NCBI RefSeq assembly: GCF_006345805.1
Contig: NW_021834962.1
Location: forward strand, 1-51,430
Direction: 5' to 3'
DNA length: 51,430 nucleotides
DNA from: Octopus sinensis
Lineage: Eukaryota
This document shows positions 48,891 to 51,430 of this stretch, in pieces (within the stretch, counting starts at the first letter, position 1; each line of letters starts with the position of its first letter). A program made the position numbers and the translations under genes. Below the pieces are notes generated by a model. It had not been told where the DNA came from. It worked only from the letters and a program-made list of their open reading frames with translations, and did not search any database.

Positions 48891-49256
48891 CCCGATTTAC
48901 GTGAGTGCGTGTGTGTATTTACGCGCACGTGTGTGTGTATGTGCACGCGAGTATGTGTGTGTGTGTGTGAGTGTGTGTATACCCATATATTTTTTAATCC
49001 TTTTCAGTGACAAGTTTTCTATTGAATTGGGTAATCAATAATGATAATAATATTATTGTTGTTGTTGTTACTGATGCTGTTGTAACTCTTAAAGTGTCAC
49101 TGCTATGAATTACAAAACCCAACTAAAGAAAAGACAAAAAAAAAAAACTAATCAAATCCTATTCACTTAAAAGTTATTTTTATTTATCCCAATCTATTTA
49201 TACATACATATGCGCGCATGTGTGTGTGTGTGTGTGTGTGCATATGTGTGTGTGTG

Positions 49257-49440
49257 TCTGTGTGCCTGTCTGTGTGTGTGTCTGTATGTGCCTGTCTGTG
49301 TGTGTGTCTGTGTGTGTGTCTGTGTGCCTGTCTGTGTGTGTGTCTGTGTGCCTGTCTGTGTGTGTGTCTGTGTGCCTGTCTGTGTGTGTGTCTGTGTGCC
49401 TGTGTGTGTGTGTGTGTGTGTGTGCCTGTCTGTGTGTGTG
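49257..49440. repeat. 24-bp minisatellite (TGTGCCTGTCTGTGTGTGTGTCTG) evolved within (TG)n
   Basis: About 6 copies; seen as the TQTGTQTH repeat in ORF 49194-49676. Confidence 0.85.
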
Positions 49441-49762
49441 TATGTTTGTGTGGGCGTGTGTATGTAAGCGTGCTTATGTAGGCGTAAGATTGTGTGTGTA
49501 TGTGTGTTTATGTAGGTGCATGTAAGTGTGTGAGTGTTTGTGTGTGTGAGTGTGTGTATGTGTGCCAATAGTCTAAAATTCTCTGAATAATTATAGCACT
49601 GCATATATGTGTGTGTGTGTGTGTTGTGTGTGTGTGTGTGTGTGTGACTATCTTTGTGTAGTAGGTATTGATTCATTTATATAGAAATATACGCACACTT
49701 ATATTTATATAAACATGTTCATGTATGTGTGCATGCATGCATGAATATATACGCGTATGAAC

Positions 49763-49795
<33 letters not shown>

Positions 49796-50269
49796 TGTAT
49801 GTATGTATGTATGTATGTACGTACGTATGTATGTGGGTATTCGTTAATTGAAAATACACCTTTGTTCAGATTAGGTTTTAAGATTCAATTAATGCTTGTA
49901 AATATAAACACGTGTGAATATATGGGGGTAATGGCGGAGGGAGAGTGTTATCGGTTCACTGTGTGCTTTACACACACACACACACACACGCACGCGCGCG
50001 CGTACACGCACACACACGCACATACAATCAGGATATTTTATTCGTTGATTGGTCCTTCACACATTCCTTCATCCCAACAACCAGAAAGCCATACCTCTTG
50101 GCATCTATTTGTGAAGTGAACAGTGCTACAAAAATGCGTTCCCATCGCACTCATTTGCGGTTCACGAACGAAAGTAGATACAAAAAGAAAGGCCCTTATA
50201 ATGGAAATAAAATGGCATTACCTAAAATTCGTAAAACAAAAAATAGTGACAATGGCAACAATCCCACTT

Positions 50270-50470
50270 GACATTGCTCGAATTTGTCCCCCATCATCGC
50301 TTAACAACCGATGTTGGTGTGTTTACGTCCCTGTAACAATAGCGGTTCGGCAAAAGAGTCCGATAGAACACGTACTAGGTTTACAAAGAATAAGCCCTGC
50401 TGTCAATTTCTTCGACTAAAGGCGGTGCTCCAGCATGGCTGCAGTCAGATGACTGAAGCAAATATAAGAA
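50270..50470 (+). mobile_element. SINE family A, 3' half
   Basis: CATCGCTTAACAACCGATG.TGGTGTGTTTACGTCCC..GACTAAAGGCGGTGCTCCAGCATGG..GATGACTGAA. Confidence 0.85.
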
Positions 50471-51235
50471 TATCCATTTCTAAGTAAGATTGTTCGTGAT
50501 ATTAATAATGATGCGCACTCTTGACCTTTCTGTCCCCTCCCTTTCCTCAGCCTTCATTCTTTCTGGTTTCCTTTTCTTCTACCTTACTGTCTCTCTCCCT
50601 CTCTCTCATTCTTCATTCTTTCTGGTTTCCACACAACCATTCCCTTTTTTCTCTCCCTTTCTCTTGCTTCTCCTCCTCCCTCCCGTCGTTGACCCGCGAC
50701 GAGAGCTCTGCTATGGTCTTTGGGCCTGACTTCCTTGAAGTGTGGACAGCATTTTCTGTTGCTCCTTCGCCGTTCTCAAAAATAGCGTTCGTAATACTTT
50801 TTCTCGTTCGGCTTAACAGCCCTTCGTGTCTTGTTATTCTCCTTGTCCTGTCTTTTACTGTTTATATTTTGTACTGTCGTTGCTGTCCTGTTTTTGTTAC
50901 CATTTTTACCCATCCGCAAAAAGATCTCAAATTTTATTTAATTTGCTTTTCGCGGGAAGGAAGTTTCTATCGAGATGCGTATCGCCTTCACCTTCGAAAC
51001 GCAGAGTAGATGAAACCATGGCGACTGAAGAAGGGGAATTTTCCTTGTGTTATTTGTCATGTACTCTATTTTTTTGTTGTTTAAGAAAAATGTCCAGTTC
51101 CTTGGTTTTGTGTTTATGTTTTCGTTTCTCATTGTGTTCGACTTTTTTTGGTGTCCTGTACTCATATATGCGTGTATATATACATTTAGAGGTAGGTACG
51201 TATATATATGTATGTATATATGCATATGTTTTATT

Positions 51236-51278
<43 letters not shown>

Positions 51279-51430
51279 TATATATATATATGCATGCTAT
51301 AGATAGATAATACATACATGCATACATTCATACATAGACAATTACCCTACTGATGTCATACATTGAAGTATAGGTCGAAAAACGTGTGGGTCGAAAACGA
51401 TCTTTTTTCTCCAGACAATAATCTTATCCT

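Noticed and set aside
50965-51015. TTCGAAACGCAGAGTAGAT resembling the 3' half of a hammerhead
   Set aside because: The CUGANGA core is not present upstream in this copy.

Overview
AT-rich, microsatellite-dense eukaryotic intergenic or intronic DNA. It is most likely octopus or another coleoid cephalopod; this is inferred from the SINE families and repeat landscape, not from a search. I find no intact host protein-coding gene, rRNA, stand-alone tRNA gene or CRISPR array. Almost all ORFs in the supplied track are translations of (TA)n, (CA)n, (TACA)n or (ATT)n repeats or of SINEs. Transposon content: three tRNA-derived SINE families (called A, B and C here, about 30 copies), four decayed Tc1/mariner elements, two Penelope-like (PLE) GIY-YIG fossils, an R4/Dong-like and a HERO-like restriction-like-endonuclease LINE fragment, several MITEs and a Helentron-associated (HINE/DINE-like) element. 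The main unannotated signal is eight minimal type-I hammerhead-ribozyme-like motifs in four sequence families; two of the families occur as inverted pairs. Other signals: a TGA at a conserved Cys codon in a Naiad-like PLE endonuclease, SINE-B multimers with recurrent fixed junctions, a SINE with a 13-bp TSD interrupting a candidate decayed exon, and a 949-bp fold-back palindrome whose indel-dominated differences suggest an assembly artefact.
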